Below are positions 9,184-18,289 of a stretch of 27,427 bases of DNA, piece by piece. The notes under the pieces were generated by a model, which saw nothing but the letters and a program-made list of their open reading frames with translations, was not told the origin of the DNA and did not search any database. Numbering within the stretch: the stretch's first letter is position 1; each line of letters begins with the position of its first letter. The stretch spans positions 1 through 27,427 of the forward strand of contig JBGCFM010000004.1 in assembly GCA_045106895.1 (NCBI GenBank). Reading direction: 5' to 3'. The position numbers were made by a program, and so were the translations under genes. This DNA is from Polyangiales bacterium. Lineage in GTDB: Bacteria; Myxococcota_A; Polyangia; Polyangiales; Houyiibacteriaceae.

Positions 9184-9651
9184 ATGGGTCCGGCGAAAAA
9201 CAACGTCCGAGTATTGATCGTCGATGACGACCCGACCATGCGTGCCCTGATCCGGAGGGCCGCCCTGCAGATGCGCATGGACGTCTGGATGGCTTCATCC
9301 GTCGCCGAATCGCGTCAGATGGTCCTCGAAGGAAAGCGCCCCGATCTCGTCATCACGGATCTGATGCTTGGTGATGGAACCGGCGTCGACCTGGTGAGGT
9401 TCCTGCGCCAAGCCCGCCTCCCGGCACCCGCCGTCCTCGTGACGGGGAGCCCCGAAGAGCTCAGCCCTGAAGGCCGCGCGCTCTTCGTTGACGTGATCCA
9501 CAAGCCATTTCGACTGAGCGCGCTCTTCGATGCCCTGGATGTTGCGCGCCATAACGTACGCCCCCGCCATCGCTCCGACGTCCATCGCAAGGCACGCGAG
9601 TCAGCGATTACCGTGAACGTTGAGAAAGCGAGCGGCGAGGACGAGCGTTGA
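9184..9651 (+). CDS. Single receiver-domain response regulator with short basic C-terminal tail
   Basis: VLIVDDD, DLVITDLMLGDG (phospho-Asp), VLVTG, HKPF. Confidence 0.9.
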   Translation: MGPAKNNVRVLIVDDDPTMRALIRRAALQMRMDVWMASSVAESRQMVLEGKRPDLVITDLMLGDGTGVDLVRFLRQARLPAPAVLVTGSPEELSPEGRALFVDVIHKPFRLSALFDALDVARHNVRPRHRSDVHRKARESAITVNVEKASGEDER

Positions 9652-9676
9652 TACACGCGGAGCCGTCGAGGCACGC

Positions 9677-10081
9677 GTGATCGAGGCTGCCATCAAGGCC
9701 GCGAACGAAGCCTTCTACCGAGCGTTTCGCGAACGTGACTATGCGGCGATGGAGCGCCTGTGGGCGAGGGAGGTCCCCGTCGCTTGCATCCATCCCGGCA
9801 TGGCTCCGCTCATCGGACGAGGCACAGTCATGGCCAGCTGGCGCGGAATTCTGGGCCATCCCGGCGCACCGACGCTCTGCTGCACAGCGGTGACGGTCCA
9901 CGTGCTCGGCACCAGCGCGCTGCTGACCTGCCTTGAAGGCGAAGAAAACGGACTCCCGAGGCTCGTCGCGACGAACGTATTCACCATGGAAAATGGTCAC
10001 TGGAAGCTCTCTCACCACCACGGCGCGGCTCTTCTGTCGCCGCCGGAGAAGCAAAAGCCAAAAGACCGTACGCTCAATTAG
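9677..10081 (+). CDS. NTF2/SnoaL-like fold protein (~134 aa)
   Basis: AANEAFYRAF...DYAAMERLW...CIHPG...GRGTVMASW...ATNVF...WKLSHHH is the pattern of this family. GTG 9677 is preferred over the track start at 9620; start uncertain. Confidence 0.85.
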   Translation: MIEAAIKAANEAFYRAFRERDYAAMERLWAREVPVACIHPGMAPLIGRGTVMASWRGILGHPGAPTLCCTAVTVHVLGTSALLTCLEGEENGLPRLVATNVFTMENGHWKLSHHHGAALLSPPEKQKPKDRTLN

Positions 10082-10129
10082 AGCGGGTTGGTGGAGGTCC
10101 CGGCGGGCGAAGTGCTAAGGTCCGCGGCG

Positions 10130-10990
10130 ATGACGACGGTCCGCGACCTTGGTTACAAACCCTACGTTGGCAAACGACTGCCGGCCTCTAACAACTCCAT
10201 GGTGTTGTTTCGTCACGGCATGCGCCGTGCTTGGGGCTCCTGGCTGGTCAAGACTTGCGTCTTTGTTGGCTGGCTTCCCATGGTTGCGTTCATGGTCGCA
10301 GCGGCCGCGCAGCTCTGGTTTGGCAATCAGACAGAAGGCGCCGCGGCTTTCGATGACGTCGAGGCTGCCCGCTGGGTCAACCGGCTCATCTTCGTTCAGA
10401 TCTGGGCGTTCGTTTCGATGATCACCTTTGGCGCAGGCGCCGGAGCGATCAGCGAGGACATCTCCCAGAAGGCGTTTCAGTTTTACTTCGCAAAGCCGAT
10501 CACACGCATTCAGTATCTGATGGGACGCATCGGTGCTGTGTCGATGTGGTCGTTCCTTGTCACCTTCGTCCCCGCGTTCATGCTCGCTGGGATCTTGGTG
10601 GGCCTCGTCGAAGACACGGCGCGCCTGGCGACCCTGGGTCTTCTTATCCCGACGTTGTTTCAGTGTCTCTTGATCGCGCTCGTGTGCGGATGCGTAAGCG
10701 TTGGCGTGTCGTCCATCGGCGCGAGCCGCGCGTTGACGATGAGCGCGTGGCTCCTGCTCTTCATCGTTCCGCAGGTCGTCGCGCTCGTCGTCGAAGGCAT
10801 CGGTGATTGGCCATGGATGCGCTTGCTTTCACTTCCTGCGCTCCTCGAAGTGACGGGTGACGCGTTCTTCCAAGTGGATCGTACGGACGACCTCAGCTGG
10901 CAGCATGCGATACCCGTCCTTGTCGCGGCCGCTGGCGCGGGAGCGGCCGTCGCGATGCAGCGACTTCGCCGCGCGGAGGTGATCGGATGA
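10130..10990 (+). CDS. ABC-2 type transporter permease
   Basis: About 6 TMs; GAISEDISQKAFQFYFAKPITRIQYLMGR motif; MTTVRDLGYKPY start at 10130; ATGA overlap with the ATPase. Confidence 0.88.
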   Translation: MTTVRDLGYKPYVGKRLPASNNSMVLFRHGMRRAWGSWLVKTCVFVGWLPMVAFMVAAAAQLWFGNQTEGAAAFDDVEAARWVNRLIFVQIWAFVSMITFGAGAGAISEDISQKAFQFYFAKPITRIQYLMGRIGAVSMWSFLVTFVPAFMLAGILVGLVEDTARLATLGLLIPTLFQCLLIALVCGCVSVGVSSIGASRALTMSAWLLLFIVPQVVALVVEGIGDWPWMRLLSLPALLEVTGDAFFQVDRTDDLSWQHAIPVLVAAAGAGAAVAMQRLRRAEVIG

Positions 10991-12033
10991 ACGATTCAAA
11001 CTACGGTTTGCAAAAAGGCGGCGCGAGCGAACCACTGATTCGCGCGCAGCGACTCACCAAATGGTACGGCAAGGTGACGGCGCTTCAGGACATTACGCTG
11101 GAGCTGGGCCCCGGTGTTTGGGGACTTCTTGGACCAAACGGGTCTGGGAAGACGACCTTCTTGCAGCTCGCAGCCGGGCAAATACGCGCGCCTCTCGGGT
11201 CCATCCAGGTCTGCGGAATGGCGCCCTTCGCAAACCCGGACGCGCTTCGCTTTATTGGCTTGTGTCCCGAAGCCGACGCCCTCTACGAAAACCTCACAGG
11301 ACTAGAGTTTGTCAGCGCCATGGCCGAACTCAGCGGCTACAGCCGCAAGGAAGCCAAAGAGCGCTCCGCCGCAGCCTTGGAAGCGTTCGGCTTGGACGAC
11401 GCGATGAACCGCGCGACCGGTGGCTACAGCCGAGGAATGCGCCAGCGCGTAAAGCTCGCGCAGTCCGTCGTGCACGAGCCACGTGTATTGCTCTTGGACG
11501 AGCCGTTGACGGGAACGGACCCGACATCGAGGGCGACGATTCTGGAGGAGATTCACCGACGCGCCGAGGCCGGGGCCTGTGTGGTGTTCTCGACCCACGT
11601 GCTTCCCGAACTCGAAGCCGTCACGGACAACATCTTGCTCATCGCCCGCGGCCAGCTGGTCGCCCAGGGGCGCACACACGAGATTCGTTCGCTCCTTGAG
11701 GGTCACCCTCATCACGTCCAGATTCTCTGCGACCGGCCGAGAGACTTAGCCTCCGCCCTCGCGCACGTGGAGGGCATCGTAGGGATGCAATTTGCGCCAG
11801 GCGGACTTGAAGCGATGACATACGATCCGGATTCGACCTACATGGCAATCGCCGCGGCGGCGCTGGACATGGGCGTCGAGGTCACGTCGATCACAAGCCC
11901 GGACGCGAACCTCGAGTCACTCTTCCACTCCTTGGTGGAACACGGATCACGCGGCGCAGGAACCGGTTCAGACCGGGCGGTGGGCGGCGCACAATATGGC
12001 CGGCAGGTCGCCGGCCCCGGAGGGGCATCATGA
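10987..12033 (+). CDS. ABC transporter ATP-binding protein
   Basis: GPNGSGKT, YSRGMRQR, LLLDEP, FSTH. Confidence 0.95.
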   Translation: MNDSNYGLQKGGASEPLIRAQRLTKWYGKVTALQDITLELGPGVWGLLGPNGSGKTTFLQLAAGQIRAPLGSIQVCGMAPFANPDALRFIGLCPEADALYENLTGLEFVSAMAELSGYSRKEAKERSAAALEAFGLDDAMNRATGGYSRGMRQRVKLAQSVVHEPRVLLLDEPLTGTDPTSRATILEEIHRRAEAGACVVFSTHVLPELEAVTDNILLIARGQLVAQGRTHEIRSLLEGHPHHVQILCDRPRDLASALAHVEGIVGMQFAPGGLEAMTYDPDSTYMAIAAAALDMGVEVTSITSPDANLESLFHSLVEHGSRGAGTGSDRAVGGAQYGRQVAGPGGAS

Positions 12034-12863
12034 GCCTTCAAAGCGCAGGTCCTCCTTCCCCAAGTTTTTTCTCGGGCGTCAGTGTCATCTTCCGAATGCA
12101 GATCCGCCGCTTTGCCCGCGGTAAGAAACTCCGCCTCGCCCTGGTGGCGACGGGTCTCATCGTCTTTGCCGTCGCCGCCGCGCGCTACGCTGCGAGCGGA
12201 AACACGGCAGGCGTCGACACGGCATATGTCGTCGAGAAAGCTCAAGAGGCCGTGTCGAAGGGGCTCCGTTGGGGCTTCTTCAGCCTCCTCGTGTTTCTCC
12301 TGCCCTTCTTGTTCACGTCGAGCGCCATCGGCGAAGAGGTCGAGGGGCGAACCTTCACGTACCTCGCGGGCCGGCCCGTCGGTCGCGTTGCCATCGCCGT
12401 GGGAAAGTGGGCGGCGGGAACCGTCATGGCCGTCGGTCTCGTCATTGCGAGCGTCCTCGTGCTGCATATTGCGGCCTACGCGACAGAGCCGACTGCGCTC
12501 GTCGAAGCTTTCCCCAACACCCTTCGAGCGGCGGGGTCCGTGGGTCTATTGACCTGCGCGTACTGCTCGATGTGTATGTGTTTCGGCGCCCTGGTCCCCG
12601 AAGCTGCTGGCGTTGTCGCAGCCCTATACCTCGGCGTCATCGAGTTCGTCGGCTCCATGCTTCCTGGCGCATTTCGTTGCGTGTCGATCAACTACTCCGC
12701 CCAACAGCTGATGGGCCTCGAGAAGGGCGGCATCGCGCCGGAGTATGCTCCCGACATCGCACCGATGATCGCTCTTGCGGTGCTCGTCTTGTTTAGCTTT
12801 GTTTTCGTGGCCCTCACGGCGATTGTCGTTCAGACGAGCGAATACCGCTTTTCACGCTCCTGA
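12030..12863 (+). CDS. ABC-2 type transporter permease
   Basis: About 6 TMs; AIGEEVEGRTFTYLAGRPVGRVAIAVGKW; ATGA overlap with the ATPase. Confidence 0.88.
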   Translation: MSLQSAGPPSPSFFSGVSVIFRMQIRRFARGKKLRLALVATGLIVFAVAAARYAASGNTAGVDTAYVVEKAQEAVSKGLRWGFFSLLVFLLPFLFTSSAIGEEVEGRTFTYLAGRPVGRVAIAVGKWAAGTVMAVGLVIASVLVLHIAAYATEPTALVEAFPNTLRAAGSVGLLTCAYCSMCMCFGALVPEAAGVVAALYLGVIEFVGSMLPGAFRCVSINYSAQQLMGLEKGGIAPEYAPDIAPMIALAVLVLFSFVFVALTAIVVQTSEYRFSRS

Positions 12864-12924
12864 ACGTTTCCACGTCGACATCGATTTCTTGAACCACACG
12901 TGGGCTCGTGTGACGCTCTCATAG

Positions 12925-13566
12925 ATGGCTCGCGTAGAAGCGCACAGTTCAGTGGCAAAGGCGGAGGTGCGGGGGACGTTGCTGCGTCGACACGTCGCGC
13001 TTCGTTTTCGGCATGGGAGCGTGCATGCGATGGCCTACGCCGACGGCTGGCCGCGGCTCTGGGGTTTCGGGCTTGATGCGGCGGCGGCGGGGTTTCGTGA
13101 GTTCATCAAGAAAGATGATTCGAACGGCGATGACCTGCTGAAACTCGGACTAAGTGCGGCACGAGGTGCCCTCGTTCATGCCTGCAACACTCTTGTCGAA
13201 CGACGCGTCCCCGATGCGCACTTCTGTGCGCTCCAGATCATCGACGGCAAAGTGAGAGTTTCGTGTTCTGGGAACTGCCGCGTGTACGTGCATCGCGGCA
13301 ACCGACCTCAGCGAATCACAACGCGCGACGTCGCCGCGGGGGGCCTCCTCAACAGCGAGACTCTCCACTACGAACACAGCATCGAGGCAGGGGATCTTAT
13401 CCTCGCCGGTTCGGAGTCCGCGTTCTCGACGGCCGCAGTCAGTCGCGTCGCCGCCGTGATCCAAGACGATGGAAACACTTCGTCCGCAGTTCTCGCGTCG
13501 CTCTTAACGGAGCCGGCTCGCAAGGCCGGCATCGGCGCCGTCGCCGTCGCCATCCGCATTCGTTAA
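12925..13566 (+). CDS. PP2C/SpoIIE-like fold protein, probably a catalytically dead pseudophosphatase
   Basis: AMAYADG, VSCSGNCRVYVHR...RITTRD, IEAGDLILAGSES and a terminal VAVAIRI strand align by eye with PPM motifs, but several metal-binding Asp residues are missing. Confidence 0.65.
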   Translation: MARVEAHSSVAKAEVRGTLLRRHVALRFRHGSVHAMAYADGWPRLWGFGLDAAAAGFREFIKKDDSNGDDLLKLGLSAARGALVHACNTLVERRVPDAHFCALQIIDGKVRVSCSGNCRVYVHRGNRPQRITTRDVAAGGLLNSETLHYEHSIEAGDLILAGSESAFSTAAVSRVAAVIQDDGNTSSAVLASLLTEPARKAGIGAVAVAIRIR

Positions 13567-13579
13567 GCGCGAAGAGCAA

Positions 13580-14761
13580 CTACCTGTTCATGTAGAAGAG
13601 GTAACCGATGCCACCGGCGATGGCGATCATTAGCAGCGTGAAGAGAGTGATCTTGATCCAACTCCACGGCGCCTCGCCTGTGACCTCTCCTGTCTGTCCG
13701 TTAACGAGGAATCGGTACGGCTTATCTTCGTAGCGATAGCTCGCGATCCAGATAGGCATCAGGATGTGCTTGAAGGTCTCGCTGCTAAACTGGTTCTGCA
13801 CGCGCAGGCCGCGTTGGGTGTCACCAGGAACGTCCCCTCCGCACTTCTGGTACTGGCCCCGTTCCATCTTCGCTTTGCCGTTGGACCACCCTTCGTCGAG
13901 CTCCACGGCGTACTCCTCGGCGCGCCATCCCGCGAGATAGCGCGGGTCGTAGCTAACAAGCTCCCGCGTGTCGAAGGTCTTGAGCTTCTCAGCGAGCTTG
14001 GTTGGAAGACCGCGCGAGGCGACTACAAGGACATCGTCGTAGGCATCGTTTCGCCATCCGCTGGCATGTTCCCATCGCGTGCGTCGCTCCTGGCGAGTGC
14101 GTTGAACGGAGCGCCCATTCTCCTGCGTCGTGTACGACACGGTGACGTAGTAATAGTACCCAGCCTCCGCCGTCCACTGGCTCGCAACGCTCGCGTCGAA
14201 GGTCCAATATGGAACGTAGACGCCGTTGATTTCACCGACGGCAGCTTTGTGTTTTAGGTTGTTCGGACGAAACCAGAGACCTGCAAGCCACGTCTTGAAC
14301 TTCTGGCGCGCACGCTCTTGCTCGACACCAAAGGGCACCAGGGACTGGGGCCGAATGAGCGATCGTTTGCTCTCCTGTTCGAGGACCTGGTCCGAACCGC
14401 AGAAGTCACAGGTGGACGCGATAGCGACGCCGGCGAAGCTGACCGTCGCGCCACAGGTGCGGCAGGCGATAGTCCGTACTTGCGTGCCGAGCCCGCTTCC
14501 TGCCTGGCTGCGGATGATCTCGAAGCCCTCCGCAAGCGTGCGCTCATGATGAGGATCGACGGGCGCCTGCGCTGCAGCCGCGCCTGCATTCGGTCCAGCA
14601 GCCACCGGCGCCTGCGCCGCTGGCGCCGGGATGGCCATCTGATGCTGGCAGTACGGGCAGTGCATCTGCCGCGCCGCGGCGTTCCACGCCATTTCCGGCG
14701 CGCCGCACTGGGGACAAGGAAAATGAACAGCGGATGGATCGCTCACGGCGAAACGATACAT
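13580..14761 (-). CDS. Double zinc-ribbon protein with C-terminal membrane anchor
   Basis: CPQCG..CPYC and CRTCG..CDFCG; RPQSLVPF, GVYVPYWTFD, YDPRYLAG, LMPIW, VNGQTGEVTGEAPWSWIKI + TM. Start probably ATG 14761 or GTG 14746 rather than 14932. Confidence 0.85.
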   Translation of the reverse strand: MYRFAVSDPSAVHFPCPQCGAPEMAWNAAARQMHCPYCQHQMAIPAPAAQAPVAAGPNAGAAAAQAPVDPHHERTLAEGFEIIRSQAGSGLGTQVRTIACRTCGATVSFAGVAIASTCDFCGSDQVLEQESKRSLIRPQSLVPFGVEQERARQKFKTWLAGLWFRPNNLKHKAAVGEINGVYVPYWTFDASVASQWTAEAGYYYYVTVSYTTQENGRSVQRTRQERRTRWEHASGWRNDAYDDVLVVASRGLPTKLAEKLKTFDTRELVSYDPRYLAGWRAEEYAVELDEGWSNGKAKMERGQYQKCGGDVPGDTQRGLRVQNQFSSETFKHILMPIWIASYRYEDKPYRFLVNGQTGEVTGEAPWSWIKITLFTLLMIAIAGGIGYLFYMNR

Positions 14762-15061
14762 TGGGTCCGTATCCGAAATGAAGGGATTCACGCATCCCAG
14801 GGAAAAGACCGCACACGATGACCCGTATCCGCGGCCGGCAACTCGGTACGGCACAAGCAAGGCACGCGACAGCGAAGCACCCCACGACCAATTTGGGTGA
14901 GACCGTGCATATGGCGACGACGAAAGCGACACAGAGCTAGACGTGCTGGGTCAGCGTGATTTCTCGTCCAGCGCGTCGTGATCAAGGCGAGCAAAGCGAC
15001 GGCATCTGTGGATGCCGAGCTGCCGCTCAACGCAGAGCACGACGTGCTGGGCGGTGAATCC

Positions 15062-17992
15062 TCAGGGGACGCATTCGCCGGCGTTAACCCCACTTCGCTG
15101 ACAGCTAAGGCTAAGGTCGAACATCGCGCAGTAGGGGTCGCCGCCGAAGAAACGGCAGTCCGGCGCGCAGATGCTGAAGGTCTCGGTGAAGCAAACCTGA
15201 TCCACGTTGCCGACTCCAACACAGTCGGCGTCGCTGTTGCAGCGGCAGGTGAAGATGTCGGTGAATCCGTCACCGTCATTGTCGATGCCGTCGCAGCATT
15301 CGCTGTCCGGACCAAAGGGGTCACAGTCCGTGTCAGCACAGTCCGTGCGCCCGTCACCGTCATTGTCGCGACCATCGCTGCACATATCGGGTCCGATTTC
15401 ATTGAGGCTCATCATCATGCAAGCGGGGTCGCTCGTGCAGCTTGAGTCCGCACAATCGGTGAAACCATCACAGTCTTCATCAACACCGCCCGTGCAGAGT
15501 TCCCGGCTTGGTGTGCAGCACGCCGCGTTTGCCGCGCACTCCGAGTCCGCGCAGTCGACGGCTCCGTCACAGTCATCATCGTTCCCGTTGACGCAGCTGG
15601 TTTCCGTCGGCAGGCAGATAGGCAAGCAGGCCGGGTCCATGGCGCAGTCAGGGTCATCGCAGTCGAGGAGTCCGTCGCAGTCTTCGTCGAGGGGAAGGCC
15701 ACAGATTTCAGGCACGCACACGCTACACAGGACGTCGCCGGTGCAGTCAGGGTCTGCGCAATCGAGTTCACCGTCGCAGTCGTCGTCCACGCCGTTTCGG
15801 CACTCTGTTTCCGTGGGAGTGCACATTCCGTCGCAGCCAGGCGTCCCCGCGCAAGTGGGGTCGTCGCACTCTGCAAGGCCGTTGCAGTCGTCGTCCACGG
15901 CGTTGCCGCAGATCTCAATGGGCAAACAGACGCCGCAGAGTGGGTCTCCGGCGCAGTCCGGGTCCATGCAGTCCGCGATGCCGTCACAGTCGTCATCGCG
16001 TCCGTTGCGGCAGGACTCGCTCGCGGGAACACAGCAGAGCGGGTCGTCGGAGCACACCGGGTCCGCGCAGTCCGAAAGACCGTCGCAATTGTCGTCCCGT
16101 CCATTTCCGCACTGCTCTGGGTTGGGAGAGCAACAAACGGGGTCTCCGCTGCAGTCTGGGTCGCGGCAGTCTGCGAAACGGTCGCAATCGTTATCCACGC
16201 CATCGTTGCAGATCTCGGGACCCATCGGTGTGCAGCAGGTCATGTCCGCGGCACAGTCGATGTCGGCGCAATCCGCGAAGCCATCGCAGTCGTCGTCTTC
16301 CCCGTTTCGGCAGTTGGTCTCGCGCGGCTGACACACGCCACAGACGGGGTCGCCGCTGCAGTCTGGGTCCAGACAATCCGTGAGCATGTCGCAATCTTCG
16401 TCCTCGCCGTCTCGGCAGTCGAACTCGAACAAAACACAGAAACCGCACTCCGGAGACGTGGAGCAGCCGGGATCGTCACAGTCCACGAGGCCGTTACAGT
16501 CGTTGTCTGCCCCATCACCACACGTGTTTTCGACAGGCTCCGTCGGCATGCACACCTCGCAGAAAGGTCGACCTGCGCAATCGGGGTCATCGCAGTCGAA
16601 GAGGTCGTCGCAGTCGTTGTCTTGACCGTCGCGGCAGCTCCGCTCCCTGCGCTGGTTGGGGATGCAGCCGCCGCACTCTTCGAAGCACGCGAAATCGTCA
16701 CAGTCGACGAACCCGTTACAATCTTCATCACGCCCGTTGAAGCAAGAAACCTCGCTGTCGGCGACGGGTGTGCAGACATCACAAATTGGATTCCGCGCGC
16801 ATGCTGGGTCCGCGCAGTCGAGGAGACCATTGCAGTCGTCATCGATCCCGTCGCGGCATCGCTCTTCAAAGGGAGCACGGGGTTCGCACATCTCGCATTC
16901 TGGTGAGCCTGCGCAATCGGGGTCGCGGCAATCGATGACGCCGTCGCAGTCGTCGTCCTGCCCGTCGCGACACTGAAACTCGCGGCGGGACACAGGAACA
17001 CACTCAAGACACGCGGGGTCCATCAAGCAATCGTTGCGGTCCGCGCAGTCGAGGAGACCGTCGCAGTCGTTGTCCAGACCATCGCCACAGCTATTTTCGA
17101 AGGGCGCCGTGGGCACACATTCGAGACAGAAGTCTGAGCCCGCGCACGCGCGATCGTCGCAGTCCGTGGCGCCGTTGCAGTCGTTGTCCACGTTGTCGTT
17201 GCAGGCGTTCGCCTCGTCGACATCGGTTGGAATGCACTCGCAGCCTGGGATGCCGGTGTTCTGACAGAATCCGCCGCGTTCAACACACACGTCACTCGTG
17301 CACTCGTCGCGGTCGTTGCAGTCCACGGGGCGACCGGATAGGCAACCGCGGGGGGAACACAGCTCTCGCCCATTGCAGAACAAGCCATCGTCACAGAAGC
17401 GGTTGTCCGGCGCCACGTTGCACCCACCGACTCCTTCGGAGCACTCGTCGACGGTGCACTCGATGCCGTCGTCACACACCAGGGGCTCGCCGCCGACGCA
17501 GACGCCCGCGGCACAGCTCTCGCGCCCGTTGCAGACAAAGCCGTCATCGCACTCAGCGTCGCTGCCGCATCGTTGTTCGATGCACCCACTCGCGACATCA
17601 CAAACCGATCCGTCGGGACAGAGCGCGGAGTCCGGGACGAACTCGCACGCACGGACCGCTTCGATGCAGCGGTCGGCGGTGCAACTGACGTCGTCGTTGC
17701 AGGTCACGGCAGGGCCCCGGCGACAGAAGCCCGCCACGCAGCTCTCCGTGCCGTTGCAGAAGAGCCCATCATCGCAGTCCATCGACGTGTCGCACTCAGC
17801 CAGTGGTCCGCCATCGAAGCCGACGCCGTCGGGAAGCGGTGCGTCGGGCAGCCCGGCGTCAGGACGCGGTGCACCATCAGAAAAGTCGTCGAGGACGCTT
17901 CGCCCACAACCCCCTAGCGCGGTCGCAAGAGCAAGGAAGCCCAAGCAGAGAATCTGGGCGCGAGGACGTGGAGAATTGGGGCGAAGAGACAT
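15062..17992 (-). CDS. 976-aa Cys/Asp-rich repeat lipoprotein (putative Ca/metal-binding DxDCDG..DC repeats)
   Basis: Lipobox-like ALGGC, a PDAG linker, three CDDGxxCNGxExC...CxDxxxCTxDxC units, then 18 full and 1 degenerate D[N/D/E]DC[D/N]GxxDCxDPxC repeats. Confidence 0.92.
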   Translation of the reverse strand: MSLRPNSPRPRAQILCLGFLALATALGGCGRSVLDDFSDGAPRPDAGLPDAPLPDGVGFDGGPLAECDTSMDCDDGLFCNGTESCVAGFCRRGPAVTCNDDVSCTADRCIEAVRACEFVPDSALCPDGSVCDVASGCIEQRCGSDAECDDGFVCNGRESCAAGVCVGGEPLVCDDGIECTVDECSEGVGGCNVAPDNRFCDDGLFCNGRELCSPRGCLSGRPVDCNDRDECTSDVCVERGGFCQNTGIPGCECIPTDVDEANACNDNVDNDCNGATDCDDRACAGSDFCLECVPTAPFENSCGDGLDNDCDGLLDCADRNDCLMDPACLECVPVSRREFQCRDGQDDDCDGVIDCRDPDCAGSPECEMCEPRAPFEERCRDGIDDDCNGLLDCADPACARNPICDVCTPVADSEVSCFNGRDEDCNGFVDCDDFACFEECGGCIPNQRRERSCRDGQDNDCDDLFDCDDPDCAGRPFCEVCMPTEPVENTCGDGADNDCNGLVDCDDPGCSTSPECGFCVLFEFDCRDGEDEDCDMLTDCLDPDCSGDPVCGVCQPRETNCRNGEDDDCDGFADCADIDCAADMTCCTPMGPEICNDGVDNDCDRFADCRDPDCSGDPVCCSPNPEQCGNGRDDNCDGLSDCADPVCSDDPLCCVPASESCRNGRDDDCDGIADCMDPDCAGDPLCGVCLPIEICGNAVDDDCNGLAECDDPTCAGTPGCDGMCTPTETECRNGVDDDCDGELDCADPDCTGDVLCSVCVPEICGLPLDEDCDGLLDCDDPDCAMDPACLPICLPTETSCVNGNDDDCDGAVDCADSECAANAACCTPSRELCTGGVDEDCDGFTDCADSSCTSDPACMMMSLNEIGPDMCSDGRDNDGDGRTDCADTDCDPFGPDSECCDGIDNDGDGFTDIFTCRCNSDADCVGVGNVDQVCFTETFSICAPDCRFFGGDPYCAMFDLSLSCQRSGVNAGECVP
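15230..17243 (-). repeat. Array of about 19 tandem ~36-40 aa Cys/Asp repeats within the lipoprotein
   Basis: Counted in the translation from DNVDNDCNGATDC to DGIDNDGDGFTD; about 6 Cys per unit; boundaries approximate. Confidence 0.88.
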
Positions 17993-18214
17993 CTTGTTCC
18001 TGACGGGGCGTGCCCGTTAAATAAGAGAGGCGGCACGCTGAACGTGCGTAGGCCATGTGTAAGCAAACCAAGGGCCACCTTAAACGTCAATGAATTCAGC
18101 GTATGCAGGTGGGCCAAGGCGTGCCGCGTGCGAGAACGCACGCTTGAGGAGTTATCGCGGAATACCCCGCGATCACACGCGTTTTCGCCGGCGATGAACA
18201 CAAACGGCGGCCCC

Positions 18215-18244
18215 TTGACTTGGCACCACCTGGCGCCTTACATC
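18215..18244 (+). promoter_or_regulatory. Possible sigma70-type promoter for the Gld-like operon
   Basis: TTGACT (18215-18220), 17-18 nt spacer, weak -10 (TTACAT/TACATC). Confidence 0.3.
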
Positions 18245-18289
18245 TCGCCGGCATTCCAGGCTGTAGAGCCCACGGGTGCCCAGAAGAGC

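Noticed and set aside
13580..14761. PriA/helicase or DnaJ assignment for the zinc-ribbon protein
   Set aside because: There are no Walker or DExH motifs, no HPD J-domain and no CxxCxGxG repeats.
15062..17992. CRISPR array or non-coding repeat (recurring gcagtcgtcgtc)
   Set aside because: The repeats are degenerate, in frame, and explained by Asp/Cys codons of the protein repeat.
18220..18237. Sigma54 promoter TTGGCAC...GC
   Set aside because: The GG-to-GC spacing is 9 or 11 nt, not the required 10.
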